Below, one piece after another: positions 29,325 through 38,754 of a stretch of DNA of 64,000 nt. The notes below the pieces were generated by a model that was not told the origin of the DNA, did no database searches, and saw nothing but the letters and a program-made list of their open reading frames with translations. The stretch is from an uncultured virus (IMG/VR IMGVR_UViG_3300037067_013436). Taxonomy: Duplodnaviria > Heunggongvirae > Uroviricota > Caudoviricetes. Where the stretch lies: the IMG/VR virus record IMGVR_UViG_3300037067_013436. One strand, written 5' to 3'. A program made the position numbers and the translations under genes. Every line of letters starts with the position of its first letter. The stretch's first letter is position 1.

Positions 29325-29800
29325 ACGCCTGGTTCGAACGTGCAGGCGAGAACGGCTTTGTCGATCATCGCGGTCAGAGCCGTCAGCATCGTCTCGATGT
29401 TGGTCGGCAATGTCGCCAATGGTGTCGTTGTGGAATGGTTGACGATGGCACCGTTCTCGTAAGTCACCGAGATTGGCACTGTCGTGTTGTCGTCCAATGT
29501 GAATGTCAGATTCAGGTGAATCACGACATCGTTGATGATTCTCGCGTCAGCGGGCGGCGTACTCATCCAGGAGAATCCTTCTGACAGCCCGACGCCTGCG
29601 ATGAGGTTGGCTAACGGGTAGTACCATGCCAGATTGTACATCTCGCCGGTAGCAATCTTGCTGCCGTCCTCATCAACGCTCCAGAGTAGATCGTTGACTA
29701 GATCGCGGGACTCAATCTGGCAATGGAAGTTGCCAACGTCGTTGTTGGAGTAAGCAATTACTCCAGAAAGAAAGCCAACTACACTATTAGCCGCTGCCAT
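29321..29800 (-). CDS. Hypothetical protein
   Basis: GGAGGA RBS before ATG 29800 (MAAANSVVG). Confidence 0.7.
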   Translation of the reverse strand: MAAANSVVGFLSGVIAYSNNDVGNFHCQIESRDLVNDLLWSVDEDGSKIATGEMYNLAWYYPLANLIAGVGLSEGFSWMSTPPADARIINDVVIHLNLTFTLDDNTTVPISVTYENGAIVNHSTTTPLATLPTNIETMLTALTAMIDKAVLACTFEPGV

Positions 29801-29835
29801 ATGATGTTCCTCCAATACTATAAATTTGCCTGTGC

Positions 29836-32800
29836 CTAGGGGTTAATAATATTCAACTCGCCTGTTGACGAGTTGAATATCAACCACAACTGATCCAAGA
29901 AGGTTCCGTCTAGGATGGTTTTTGTGTGTGTCTCGCTCAACTCACCATTCTGGTAGATTCGGAACGTAAAATCGGCATTACTACCGGTAGTACCAAGCCA
30001 AGTGCCATAACCATGTATTCCCTTCGTGCTGCCGGTCAGTTCCGATATGAGTCCAGAGTTTATTGTTCCTGTCTCAGAAAAATTACCTGGTTGGTTGTTT
30101 GTGTTGAGGGGATCAAATCGAACCCATTGGTCGAACTCGTCATAAACTGCAATGACTCCAGCGACAACAGGCTGTCCGGTATTATATGGGCTGTTGAAAT
30201 CTGCTCTGACACCAGCACCAATACCAGGGTCGAGATCTCCCCACTGTCCCTCTAGTTCGCATGTCCAAATTGGAGGCTCTGGTGATGGCGACGGTGACGG
30301 ATAAATGGTAACTGTACCATCTGTCGTATTGATCATCGCCCATGTGGTATCATTCGTGGAGTCGCGGGTCGTAGTATAGGTGCCGATGGAGATGCCATTT
30401 TTCTTGATATTCAGGTCAAGCTGTACCGACAATCTACCATAACCGCTCTCATCAACATAGACCGAGGGGCTGATGTAAAAGATGTTGGCGTTTGTATTAG
30501 CACTTAGGTTAGCCGTAATATTCCATGTCGTTGTGCCTTCATTCCAGATAATTGTTCCAGCCTCTGGTACTGACACGAATTGAATCCACGGCGGTTCCTC
30601 AAGCATTTGCATGTAATAAAACTGTCTCCCGCCCTGTTCATCTAATGAGAATGCTTCTATCCACTGCGCGTCTCCTTGATATGACCAAAATAGCGATGGA
30701 TCATAAATGAAAGGATCAACGCTCCATTGCAACCCGAAATTAAGTGCCATATATCGGCTTGTTTCTGGATCAGGCTGCGTTCCAGATGGTGTTGCTGCAA
30801 CCGTTAGCTCTGCAGTGTACTCATCAGTCACAGGAGATGGTTCTATGGAAGATGAAGGTTCAGGTGATGGCTCTGGAGAGGTGGAAGCTGAAGCTGAAGG
30901 TTCAGGCGATTCAGAAGGCGAAGGCGATAGGCTTAATGATGCAGACGGTGATAACGAGGTCGATGGCGACGGGCTAAGAGACAGCGACGGAGATAAACTC
31001 GGCGACGGAGATGGTGACGGCGATGTCGTCATGAGCGTGACTTCTGTCGTTTCACGAGCACCCATAACTTCACTATCAGCAGTCAGAATTATAGTTCGAC
31101 CATAATCTGTTCCTGGGCCGACGTCGATATCTAGTGCGACTACCGATCCCCAAGCACCATTTATGAACATGTAAGGTGATTCAACAGAATCAATATAAGA
31201 CTCCTGGCCAGCAAAGCGTAGCTGGCATAGGTATCCATCGATCGTCGCTGACCATGTAATTCGTGCAGTGCTAGGCGGTGCAGGTGTCTGATAAGCAGAG
31301 GTGCTATGCAGAAAAGCCGATGCAACTAGAGTGCTGCCTGGATTTAATAGCTCTGGTGCTTCGACTGCTAGAGTGTAAATCGGGACCGGAGGCACCAGAT
31401 AGTCTGGTGTATATCCGGGGCTGTCAATCGCCACAGCAGTACCATACTGACATGACAATGAGCCGAGACAAAGCTCGAACATGTTTATTTGTCGTTGGAA
31501 GGTCTGACCATCGGGGTACTCATCCCAAACGAGCTGGCCGTCAAAAGCGAGATCAGAGACACCGATCTTCTCTTCGGCATACAGCATCGTATCTATTGTT
31601 ATTTTATCAGGATTGAAGTCATAGCCGTATCTCGTTTCGCCATCTGAGAAGGTAAATGGCAAAGCATCGTCTTGATAGTCGTGTATCGGGCAGAGTAGAA
31701 CATCGGTCCCGGCTGTTGGTGATGTACCGCCGTCGCATAGCAGAGCTGCACATCCACAATCTGTTCTATATCCATTTGTATAAAGTATGCCGCTGATAAA
31801 GAAGAATAACACATCTGTGCCTGTTGGCATAGATCTATCGATTTCTAGTTCATTGAATAATTCTGTAAACGTACCATTTCTATCGAAATCATCCGGCACG
31901 TAAGGCTGGTAGCCGTGTGCAGCAGGATAACCATCAATATAATCAATGTAATACGGTGACGTTCCTTGACATCTCGCTGCTGTTGAGAACAGCGGCGTTG
32001 TCATGGCGTTTATCACATTATCAGCCGTGCAAGAGCTGATGTTAACCACTACATCATCTGTGTCGCACTCGCTGAACACTAAATCAGCCGAGTCAAGAAC
32101 CGTCTTATACACTTTGACGGTAACGTAACTCTCAGTAGCCTCTATAATCTTAGCAGATAAAGAATAAATGCTGTCAGGTAGGTTTTTAAGCTCGATACCG
32201 ATTGTGATTGTTGGCAACCGGCTAAAAGTGTAGCCATATGACCATCTGACGCCACCGACAACGTAATCTTTCGCTATGGAGATTATTGATCTCGATGGCG
32301 GCAACATCGTCTCTAGCGTGATGGCTGGGTTGCCAGTCGATTGAGTAGAATAAATCGAATGTATAACATCGCTGTCGTCGAATCTCTTATTTGTGCCGAG
32401 GATATGTGAACCGAAGCTTGGAATATCTGGTTGCAATCCATTCGCGACAATAACAAACGGAGCGTAGTCGAATACCAGATATTGGTCGCCAGATGTTGCC
32501 GTCTCAAGCTTCGCGTGTAGATAAGTCGGCTGTCTACATGCTTGGTCATATGGTCCGCAATTTGTGCTGTATTGATCGTCCCAAGGCTTCGCTACCCATT
32601 TTGGATGTGTGAAGTCGGATTCGAGCTTGTTGATTGTTGCGAATCTAGTGCCAGGAAAATGCATCAGCGGTACTTGGATACCAAGACTACGCCTCTGCAA
32701 TGCGAGCATGTTCTTTTCACCACAAGCTCCATCCGTTAAATAGGGCCGGTTAGTAAAATGGACATTCTCGCCATCGACGGTATCGTATCCTCGCAACAGT

Positions 32801-35800
32801 CGTCCTAAGAAGTTATTGTTGGTCGAAGGCAGATTCTCGTTGTATGATTGTTTTAATGCCGGACCCTGCACTGAATTCGTCAGTTCAGATGTGGCCTGGA
32901 ATGAATAATAGACGCCATCCCCAAAGTTTATCTTACAGATAGTAGCCTGGTATTGCTCCGTGCTAACCATCGTCATTCTGCGAAGTATTTCGTCTTCAAC
33001 GCGACCTTTATAGCAGTAGTCAGATATACCATCAAGCTTACAGAATCGATTGGGAAATACCGAGAATTCTTTCGTGAATGGCCCATATTCAGAAGCATCG
33101 TTATTCGTCGAAGCATCAGCACCGGTCGGATAGAAGCTGCCATGAATGATATTGTCGATAGGAGACAAATCAGTTGTTGATTGACTTGCTATGCTTGGCG
33201 TATTCGATATCGGGGTTGGATCATATACAATGCTTTCGTTTTCGGTATTCTGACCCGGTACAAGTCTATCTTGACCGCGATAGGTGAATTTGCAGCAAGG
33301 ATTATCAATGTCATCTACACACGGCTTAGATGGATCACCCCATGCACAACTATCTGCCGGTGGTGTAGGCGGTAGCTTCTCATCACCAATCTGTGTGACG
33401 ATTCTCTCAATGCAAGTCGGGTTGGGAGAATCGATAGTTGCTGGCTTTTCCAGATAGCGATTAACGTCAACCCATGCTTGAAATTCTTCCGGAAGATTCG
33501 CCAGTATTCTCTTACGTAGCGCAATATCTTCTGGCTTATATCCGAGATCACTTGGATCAACTGAGCATTCGCCAGTTGGAATTTCTGGTAAAATGGCCGG
33601 TGGCACCTGTAACTTACCGGCATCGATATCCCAGCGTTGCTCTAGATCACCACCGACACAGAACGGAGTGACTTGATATGTCTCATCTAGATTGGAATGA
33701 TAGATAAGAGTGTTCAATAATGAATGGAATGCTTTGATCTTGAACAGATAATCGATCAAGAACTCAAGTATATCACCACCAATCTGCTCGCCATTTTGTG
33801 TCAGCAATTGTATGTCAAAACGGTTGCTATATAAGTCTTTAATACTATCAGGAACAATCAACTCTTCGCGGCTATACGTAGCGAAGGCATATAATAGAAG
33901 CTCACTATCCGCAGCGTGTGGCCCTTTCTGACCGTACTTGTCGTCAAATTGAATCGAACCGTTAAATGTGAGATGTAGCAGGTTGGCATTTCTATCAATT
34001 CTGACACCGTTCGACACAAACGGTGGCTGGTCGCCGGTAGATCGATCGTCACCATTACCAACCGTAGCCGATCGATCAATCACAACCCTGGACCAGCTTA
34101 CAACACCAGCAGTCTCGTCATTCAGCAGCGTCGTCGTTCTGCATACCTTCGGGATGCGCGTATATAACAAGCTTTGAGCGATGTTTTGGAACGGTACTGA
34201 AACCGTAATGAGAGAATCGCTAAGGACTGCCGTAACTGTCCTTTCAGTTTCACCATTGACGATAACCGTGTCGCCAATCTCGAAGTCAGTTAAGAATAAG
34301 GTGCTGCTGTTGCCATACAGATTCGTGTTTTCGTTGGTAGAGACGGTACCTCGACCCGGTATTTTCCAGCTACCGGGATCATTATTACAATTCGCTGCGG
34401 CTGTCCCGATGCTGCACGAAATCTCTTCTAGGCGTTTGTATGCCCTACTGACATAAGCATAGGTCGTCCATTGGCTATCTGATCCAGTATTGCTTGTGTC
34501 GTTTTGGAACGGTATCGTAACAGTCAAATGATGGTTATCTAAAATAGTGGCTACGATTCTGGTAGTTTCGTTCGCCACCGATACCGTATCGCCTACTACG
34601 AAATCATTCGTGAATTGTGTGTCTGAATCGCCGAAAAGATCGATAGTCTGGTTTGTAGAGACTTGACCAGAGCCTATGATGTTCTTCTGCACCAGGTACG
34701 CATCTAATGTGATATCGCCTTCTTGAACCGTGTTGACGATACCTTGAACTTCATCAGTGAATGTTGGTCGATATAAGAGCGGAATGGTTAATTCACCGAA
34801 ACCGCTTGTGTTATAGCCGACAAGCACAGGCTCAATCTGGCAACTCTCTTCTATCTTAATCTCTTGGTTGGCGTAGGCTGATGGCAGCTTTTCCCCAGGA
34901 CGTATTAGTCTCTTGCCGTCCTTAGACCAGTATAGCTTGTTGACATAGACGATATAACCGAACAACTCAAAGAGATCGTAGATGGCGTTCCGTGAGCCCT
35001 TTAACTGTTGCAATCTTACAACATTGCGTAGCATCGTCTTACGCAGACGATAAAGGCTCTGTGGGAAGTATGGTAGATCAAGGCCAAGCAGGAAGCTAAG
35101 ATATGGAACGAATTGCGGTGTTATCCAATCGACCCAGTTGACGCTACCAAGCAAATACTGTTCGTCGAAAATGTCTTGTAGAATGTCGGTGAAAGGGCGA
35201 TAGAATTCGATTGTCGTATCTATGCTCTTCTGGTCGCTGGTCATGTAAGGAGCAGGAGTCAGATTAACCGTCTCCTGCATGACCTGACCGGGGTGATTCA
35301 TTCTGAACCGCTTGACCGACGTGGCTTTTCTGGTCGGATCAATGCAATTTAGCTGCCCTGGTGTTGATCTGCTCTCGACTCTAGCATAGTACTGTGCTTG
35401 ATAAGTGATATTATACCAATCTGGTGGCAGTTGTTCGGTATCGATCTTGATATCGCTGAGATCGTAGTAGTTAGCAGTCGGGTAATATCTGATCAGACCA
35501 CAGCATCCTGACGCGGTAGTGTATTGCATCAAGTCGCCACCGACAGCCTCTGAATAATCAATCGGCTGTAGTGTCTCTAGAATAGCGGTTTCTATAGTAC
35601 AATCGGCGTACAGATAAGGATTGGAGTCATTCTGATATTGGTTGCCAGTAGCTACAATCCTGAAGAATTGTTGTGAATCTGGATGGATCATTCTGTCGAT
35701 GAGTTCATTCATCGACACATTCTTCGCGAATAGCTCGTGATCGGGCGACATCAGCCCTATCGGTATCTGCCCAGCAACCAATGCCTTATGTGGTACGTCT

Positions 35801-36066
35801 TCTATGACGATTCTTACCGCAGCACCACTGCAGAATTCGTTGCATGTGGTCGTTTTGACACCCATACAATCGCATTCTACTCCGCCACCACAATCGCAGT
35901 TCTGGACGATAATGCTAGAATTATCTATAGGCAATCCCGCGATATCTCTGCGATCAGTCTCCATCAAAATCATCGGGAGTCCGAAGGGTCGATACGCGGT
36001 GCGATTATTGTTGACTGGCAGCAGAACCCATGTGGGAATGTGCGGGTTTGTTTGCATAGTACTCAT
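29836..36066 (-). CDS. Baseplate wedge-like protein (P2 gpI / T4 gp7-type region) with inserted domains and Ser/Pro stalk, ~2076 aa
   Basis: FVPYLSFLLGLDLP...LRKTMLRNVVRLQQLKGSRNAIYDLFELFGY is the wedge motif of contractile tails; AAGGA RBS before ATG 36066. Confidence 0.7.
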   Translation of the reverse strand: MSTMQTNPHIPTWVLLPVNNNRTAYRPFGLPMILMETDRRDIAGLPIDNSSIIVQNCDCGGGVECDCMGVKTTTCNEFCSGAAVRIVIEDVPHKALVAGQIPIGLMSPDHELFAKNVSMNELIDRMIHPDSQQFFRIVATGNQYQNDSNPYLYADCTIETAILETLQPIDYSEAVGGDLMQYTTASGCCGLIRYYPTANYYDLSDIKIDTEQLPPDWYNITYQAQYYARVESRSTPGQLNCIDPTRKATSVKRFRMNHPGQVMQETVNLTPAPYMTSDQKSIDTTIEFYRPFTDILQDIFDEQYLLGSVNWVDWITPQFVPYLSFLLGLDLPYFPQSLYRLRKTMLRNVVRLQQLKGSRNAIYDLFELFGYIVYVNKLYWSKDGKRLIRPGEKLPSAYANQEIKIEESCQIEPVLVGYNTSGFGELTIPLLYRPTFTDEVQGIVNTVQEGDITLDAYLVQKNIIGSGQVSTNQTIDLFGDSDTQFTNDFVVGDTVSVANETTRIVATILDNHHLTVTIPFQNDTSNTGSDSQWTTYAYVSRAYKRLEEISCSIGTAAANCNNDPGSWKIPGRGTVSTNENTNLYGNSSTLFLTDFEIGDTVIVNGETERTVTAVLSDSLITVSVPFQNIAQSLLYTRIPKVCRTTTLLNDETAGVVSWSRVVIDRSATVGNGDDRSTGDQPPFVSNGVRIDRNANLLHLTFNGSIQFDDKYGQKGPHAADSELLLYAFATYSREELIVPDSIKDLYSNRFDIQLLTQNGEQIGGDILEFLIDYLFKIKAFHSLLNTLIYHSNLDETYQVTPFCVGGDLEQRWDIDAGKLQVPPAILPEIPTGECSVDPSDLGYKPEDIALRKRILANLPEEFQAWVDVNRYLEKPATIDSPNPTCIERIVTQIGDEKLPPTPPADSCAWGDPSKPCVDDIDNPCCKFTYRGQDRLVPGQNTENESIVYDPTPISNTPSIASQSTTDLSPIDNIIHGSFYPTGADASTNNDASEYGPFTKEFSVFPNRFCKLDGISDYCYKGRVEDEILRRMTMVSTEQYQATICKINFGDGVYYSFQATSELTNSVQGPALKQSYNENLPSTNNNFLGRLLRGYDTVDGENVHFTNRPYLTDGACGEKNMLALQRRSLGIQVPLMHFPGTRFATINKLESDFTHPKWVAKPWDDQYSTNCGPYDQACRQPTYLHAKLETATSGDQYLVFDYAPFVIVANGLQPDIPSFGSHILGTNKRFDDSDVIHSIYSTQSTGNPAITLETMLPPSRSIISIAKDYVVGGVRWSYGYTFSRLPTITIGIELKNLPDSIYSLSAKIIEATESYVTVKVYKTVLDSADLVFSECDTDDVVVNISSCTADNVINAMTTPLFSTAARCQGTSPYYIDYIDGYPAAHGYQPYVPDDFDRNGTFTELFNELEIDRSMPTGTDVLFFFISGILYTNGYRTDCGCAALLCDGGTSPTAGTDVLLCPIHDYQDDALPFTFSDGETRYGYDFNPDKITIDTMLYAEEKIGVSDLAFDGQLVWDEYPDGQTFQRQINMFELCLGSLSCQYGTAVAIDSPGYTPDYLVPPVPIYTLAVEAPELLNPGSTLVASAFLHSTSAYQTPAPPSTARITWSATIDGYLCQLRFAGQESYIDSVESPYMFINGAWGSVVALDIDVGPGTDYGRTIILTADSEVMGARETTEVTLMTTSPSPSPSPSLSPSLSLSPSPSTSLSPSASLSLSPSPSESPEPSASASTSPEPSPEPSSSIEPSPVTDEYTAELTVAATPSGTQPDPETSRYMALNFGLQWSVDPFIYDPSLFWSYQGDAQWIEAFSLDEQGGRQFYYMQMLEEPPWIQFVSVPEAGTIIWNEGTTTWNITANLSANTNANIFYISPSVYVDESGYGRLSVQLDLNIKKNGISIGTYTTTRDSTNDTTWAMINTTDGTVTIYPSPSPSPEPPIWTCELEGQWGDLDPGIGAGVRADFNSPYNTGQPVVAGVIAVYDEFDQWVRFDPLNTNNQPGNFSETGTINSGLISELTGSTKGIHGYGTWLGTTGSNADFTFRIYQNGELSETHTKTILDGTFLDQLWLIFNSSTGELNIINP

Positions 36067-36140
36067 TCTTCCTTCATCGTATCTACCAACCACTTATCTT
36101 TCATAGGCAAACATATAACGAACAAACGCATAGAGATCTC

Positions 36141-36389
36141 ATGTATACTACCAGAATTGCCTCAACAATTTCAGAACAGATAGGCGAACAGCCACAAGAA
36201 TTGTTCGACAGATATTTAGAATCTGTCGAAGCCATAACGTTCGAGGAATTCCAAGGCTATTGCTCTATGAAAGGAATTACGATCACGGAAGATATGTTCG
36301 TTGATCTTTTAGCGAACAACCGCGAATACCTTTTCACAGAGAGCGAAGAAGGTTGGCTACCGACCAAACTGGACGAGCTAGGATTATAA
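36141..36389 (+). CDS. Hypothetical acidic protein
   Basis: 82-aa ORF, preceded by the CAAACATAT motif. Confidence 0.55.
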   Translation: MYTTRIASTISEQIGEQPQELFDRYLESVEAITFEEFQGYCSMKGITITEDMFVDLLANNREYLFTESEEGWLPTKLDELGL

Positions 36390-36602
36390 GTCTGAGGAGC
36401 AAGCTGGCTCGGGAATGCACTTGCTATAGAGCATCTTTTGAAGGTCGCCATCTGGAGTTATGTCTATCCAGAACTGATATATTACAATCGGGCGATTATC
36501 AACGATGAACTTCATCTGCTCTTCGCGTGTCTTGCACGAATAGACTTCCGCTTTGCTTGTTGTGTAGGTCACAGTGATATCCTCGCCATTTACTCTTATC
36601 AT
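36384..36602 (-). CDS. Hypothetical protein
   Basis: Last gene of a tightly packed minus-strand small-gene run. Confidence 0.55.
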   Translation of the reverse strand: MIRVNGEDITVTYTTSKAEVYSCKTREEQMKFIVDNRPIVIYQFWIDITPDGDLQKMLYSKCIPEPACSSDL

Positions 36603-36621
36603 GACTTATAGAATACTTAAA

Positions 36622-36924
36622 TCATTCATCCAGTATAGCGCTTCTGCGGCGCTGTGATTGAATGTTAGTATCTACCAAGTCAGTGACTCGTGTCTCCCAT
36701 GCGTGAACTATTGAATCTATAGCAGCTTTATGCTTCACATCGGCGACATTAGCGATGCACTTGAATATCCACATCGGCCATTCGCCTTTACGATATATAT
36801 GGTAATACTTGGCAACTACATTGCCATCGTAATCTGTAATATATAATTCACTCGATGTCGGGATATACCAGACTTTCGCCCATACATTGTATTTGTCGAA
36901 TTTGATCGTCTGTGGGTCGAGCAT
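36622..36924 (-). CDS. Hypothetical protein
   Basis: Part of the packed run. Confidence 0.6.
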   Translation of the reverse strand: MLDPQTIKFDKYNVWAKVWYIPTSSELYITDYDGNVVAKYYHIYRKGEWPMWIFKCIANVADVKHKAAIDSIVHAWETRVTDLVDTNIQSQRRRSAILDE

Positions 36925-36926
36925 AA

Positions 36927-37205
36927 TTAATCCAAATTGATAACACGTTCGACATCCACCGGCGTAGGTGTTAATTCTGGCTTCGAATCAGGATCGATTA
37001 TGTGCCGATATTTTGTACGCAGCTTCTTAATCGTCTCTGGATCTGGACGCCATCTCGGCTCTTGTTGCGGTGGCGGTTGTGCCTTAAGCCATTCGGAATA
37101 GCCCTCTAGAATTTGGGCATTCCTGTGTTGCTGACTTCTAGCCTGCTTTAAGACGAGCAAGACGGCTAGTGGAACAATACCAGCGACAACCCACAGAAAA
37201 ATCAT
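36927..37205 (-). CDS. Hypothetical protein with N-terminal TM anchor
   Basis: Hydrophobic N-terminus; AAGGA RBS. Confidence 0.6.
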   Translation of the reverse strand: MIFLWVVAGIVPLAVLLVLKQARSQQHRNAQILEGYSEWLKAQPPPQQEPRWRPDPETIKKLRTKYRHIIDPDSKPELTPTPVDVERVINLD

Positions 37206-37224
37206 ATCTCAATCCTTTGAGTGA

Positions 37225-37554
37225 CTATCGCATCTTTGCCAAGTCAGAGCGGTCCAATTTCAAACCGAACGTTATTAGGGCTTCTCTGGCGTCGAACCAT
37301 TCCTTGATCTTAGTTTGACATTCTGGGTGAGTGCCGCTGATCTTGCTAGATATCCAACAATGGCTGCACCCAGGATCGGCTCTTGCGGCCATGAATCTGG
37401 TGAATTCATCTGGCATTGCATCACTTTCGACCAAGCTGAATAAGGTACGATCCATCTTGCCTACTTCAACCATCATTTCACCAGATACTTTACCCTTGGC
37501 GTATTCGTGTATCAACGCCCAGTCGTAGATTGTCCGCTGCTGTTCTGGTGTCAT
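37225..37554 (-). CDS. Hypothetical protein
   Basis: ATGA overlap with the upstream gene. Confidence 0.6.
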   Translation of the reverse strand: MTPEQQRTIYDWALIHEYAKGKVSGEMMVEVGKMDRTLFSLVESDAMPDEFTRFMAARADPGCSHCWISSKISGTHPECQTKIKEWFDAREALITFGLKLDRSDLAKMR

Positions 37555-37811
37555 TTCTTATTCTTGCATGGGCAATCTGGATCGTGCATTAGCTGTGTCC
37601 CGGATAATTCTGGGCCTGAACGTCCGAGGGTCCACTCCATAATCATATATCGATGGCCCTCGAAGTCAAATGACGATTGTTTCACAAGCGTCGTATTGAC
37701 TTCGACTCGGGCTGCTTGTTTGTGTGGGTTGAGAATGAAATAGCCGAATATCGCTATACCAGTCATAATCATAGTGCCAGCGATAATCGTAACGATTTGG
37801 GATGTTTTCAT
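37551..37811 (-). CDS. Hypothetical membrane-anchored protein (C-terminal HDPDCPC)
   Basis: N-terminal TM segment; ATGA overlaps. Confidence 0.6.
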   Translation of the reverse strand: MKTSQIVTIIAGTMIMTGIAIFGYFILNPHKQAARVEVNTTLVKQSSFDFEGHRYMIMEWTLGRSGPELSGTQLMHDPDCPCKNKK

Positions 37812-38032
37812 TTCTTATCAACAGCTTTCGCCAGTGCAGAGATACCATGCGAGATCTGGTTAGCCGCCTTCGCCAATTCGCTGATTTCGTGGCCAACAGA
37901 AAGAGTAGCGCAGACTTGAGCTAAAGCGATTCGTTCGGAAAGTGTAAGCGGCTCTTTCTTAGACTTCGCTCTATCCTTGACGATCTCACTAACTAGATTG
38001 CAGGCTTCTAGGCTGGCTTGACTCGGGAACAT
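37808..38032 (-). CDS. Hypothetical protein
   Basis: Part of the packed run. Confidence 0.55.
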   Translation of the reverse strand: MFPSQASLEACNLVSEIVKDRAKSKKEPLTLSERIALAQVCATLSVGHEISELAKAANQISHGISALAKAVDKK

Positions 38033-38040
38033 ATGTACAC

Positions 38041-38298
38041 CTATGGTAAATTGTAATGTTTCTTAACTCGCTCAACCAACTCCTTGTCAACTGTTTGTGG
38101 CTTGTCGAGTTTTTGTAATTCGTTGTCGTAATAATAAACAGCTACAATCAACGACGACCGCACAATTGTCCAAGACGCGATGAAGATCAAAAGGGCACAA
38201 ATCAGTCGCCATCGCCATTTATTCATGGTTTGCCCAGCCTGATAGTTTGGCCTATGTGCTGGCCTGTCAATACATATCGCCAAGTTGTTTTGCACCAA
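38041..38298 (-). CDS. Hypothetical membrane protein
   Basis: One TM segment; start uncertain (38298 or 38226). Confidence 0.5.
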   Translation of the reverse strand: MVQNNLAICIDRPAHRPNYQAGQTMNKWRWRLICALLIFIASWTIVRSSLIVAVYYYDNELQKLDKPQTVDKELVERVKKHYNLP

Positions 38299-38307
38299 TG
38301 GCCCTCT

Positions 38308-38595
38308 TTAACCCACCATTGGTGTGGTAGTGCGTTCCAAAATCTTAGCAATAATCTCATTGCGATCCCTATTGAACAGCGTTGAACTACAACCGCAACC
38401 AAAAGCGGGGCAGTCATCTTTATGTCCGCAGTCTTCTACATGAGCAATGATCTCCGCATAGCGACCGCATAGATAAGTCCCATCTTGTTGCGCTTCTAGA
38501 AAAGTGCATTGATGTTTATCCTTATCCCATTCACCCCACGGGCATGGCCCTTGCTTACAGCAAAAACCACATCTCACACAGCCTCGCGATCTCAT
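38308..38595 (-). CDS. YkgJ-like CxxCxxCC cysteine-cluster protein
   Basis: CVRCGFCCKQGPC...CTFL...YLCGRY. Start reassigned to ATG 38595 because the upstream codons are the T-arm of the RNA gene. Confidence 0.65.
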   Translation of the reverse strand: MRSRGCVRCGFCCKQGPCPWGEWDKDKHQCTFLEAQQDGTYLCGRYAEIIAHVEDCGHKDDCPAFGCGCSSTLFNRDRNEIIAKILERTTTPMVG

Positions 38596-38606
38596 GTCGT
38601 CGCAGC

Positions 38607-38754
38607 GGGAGTCGATGGGAGTCGAACCCATAATCACGCCTCCGTGATACCTGAAAGCCCTAACTTATGCTGGGCTATGTGCCGCACGGGCCGTTGCGCT
38701 GACGGCTGGACCGGCACTTTGGTTTTCGGTTGACGTGTCGCACCTGCCGACCCC
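38607..38754 (-). ncRNA. Miniature tmRNA-like RNA (~148 nt)
   Basis: Acceptor stem GGGGUCG/CGACUCC with G3-U wobble; canonical T-arm AUGGG-UUCGACU-CCCAU; no D-stem; helix ACGUC/GGCGU in place of the anticodon arm; CCA not encoded. Confidence 0.7.

Noticed and set aside
38607..38754. Ordinary tRNA or tRNA-Sec
   Set aside because: No D-stem or anticodon arm at canonical spacing; ~117 nt separate the 5' acceptor strand and the T-arm.
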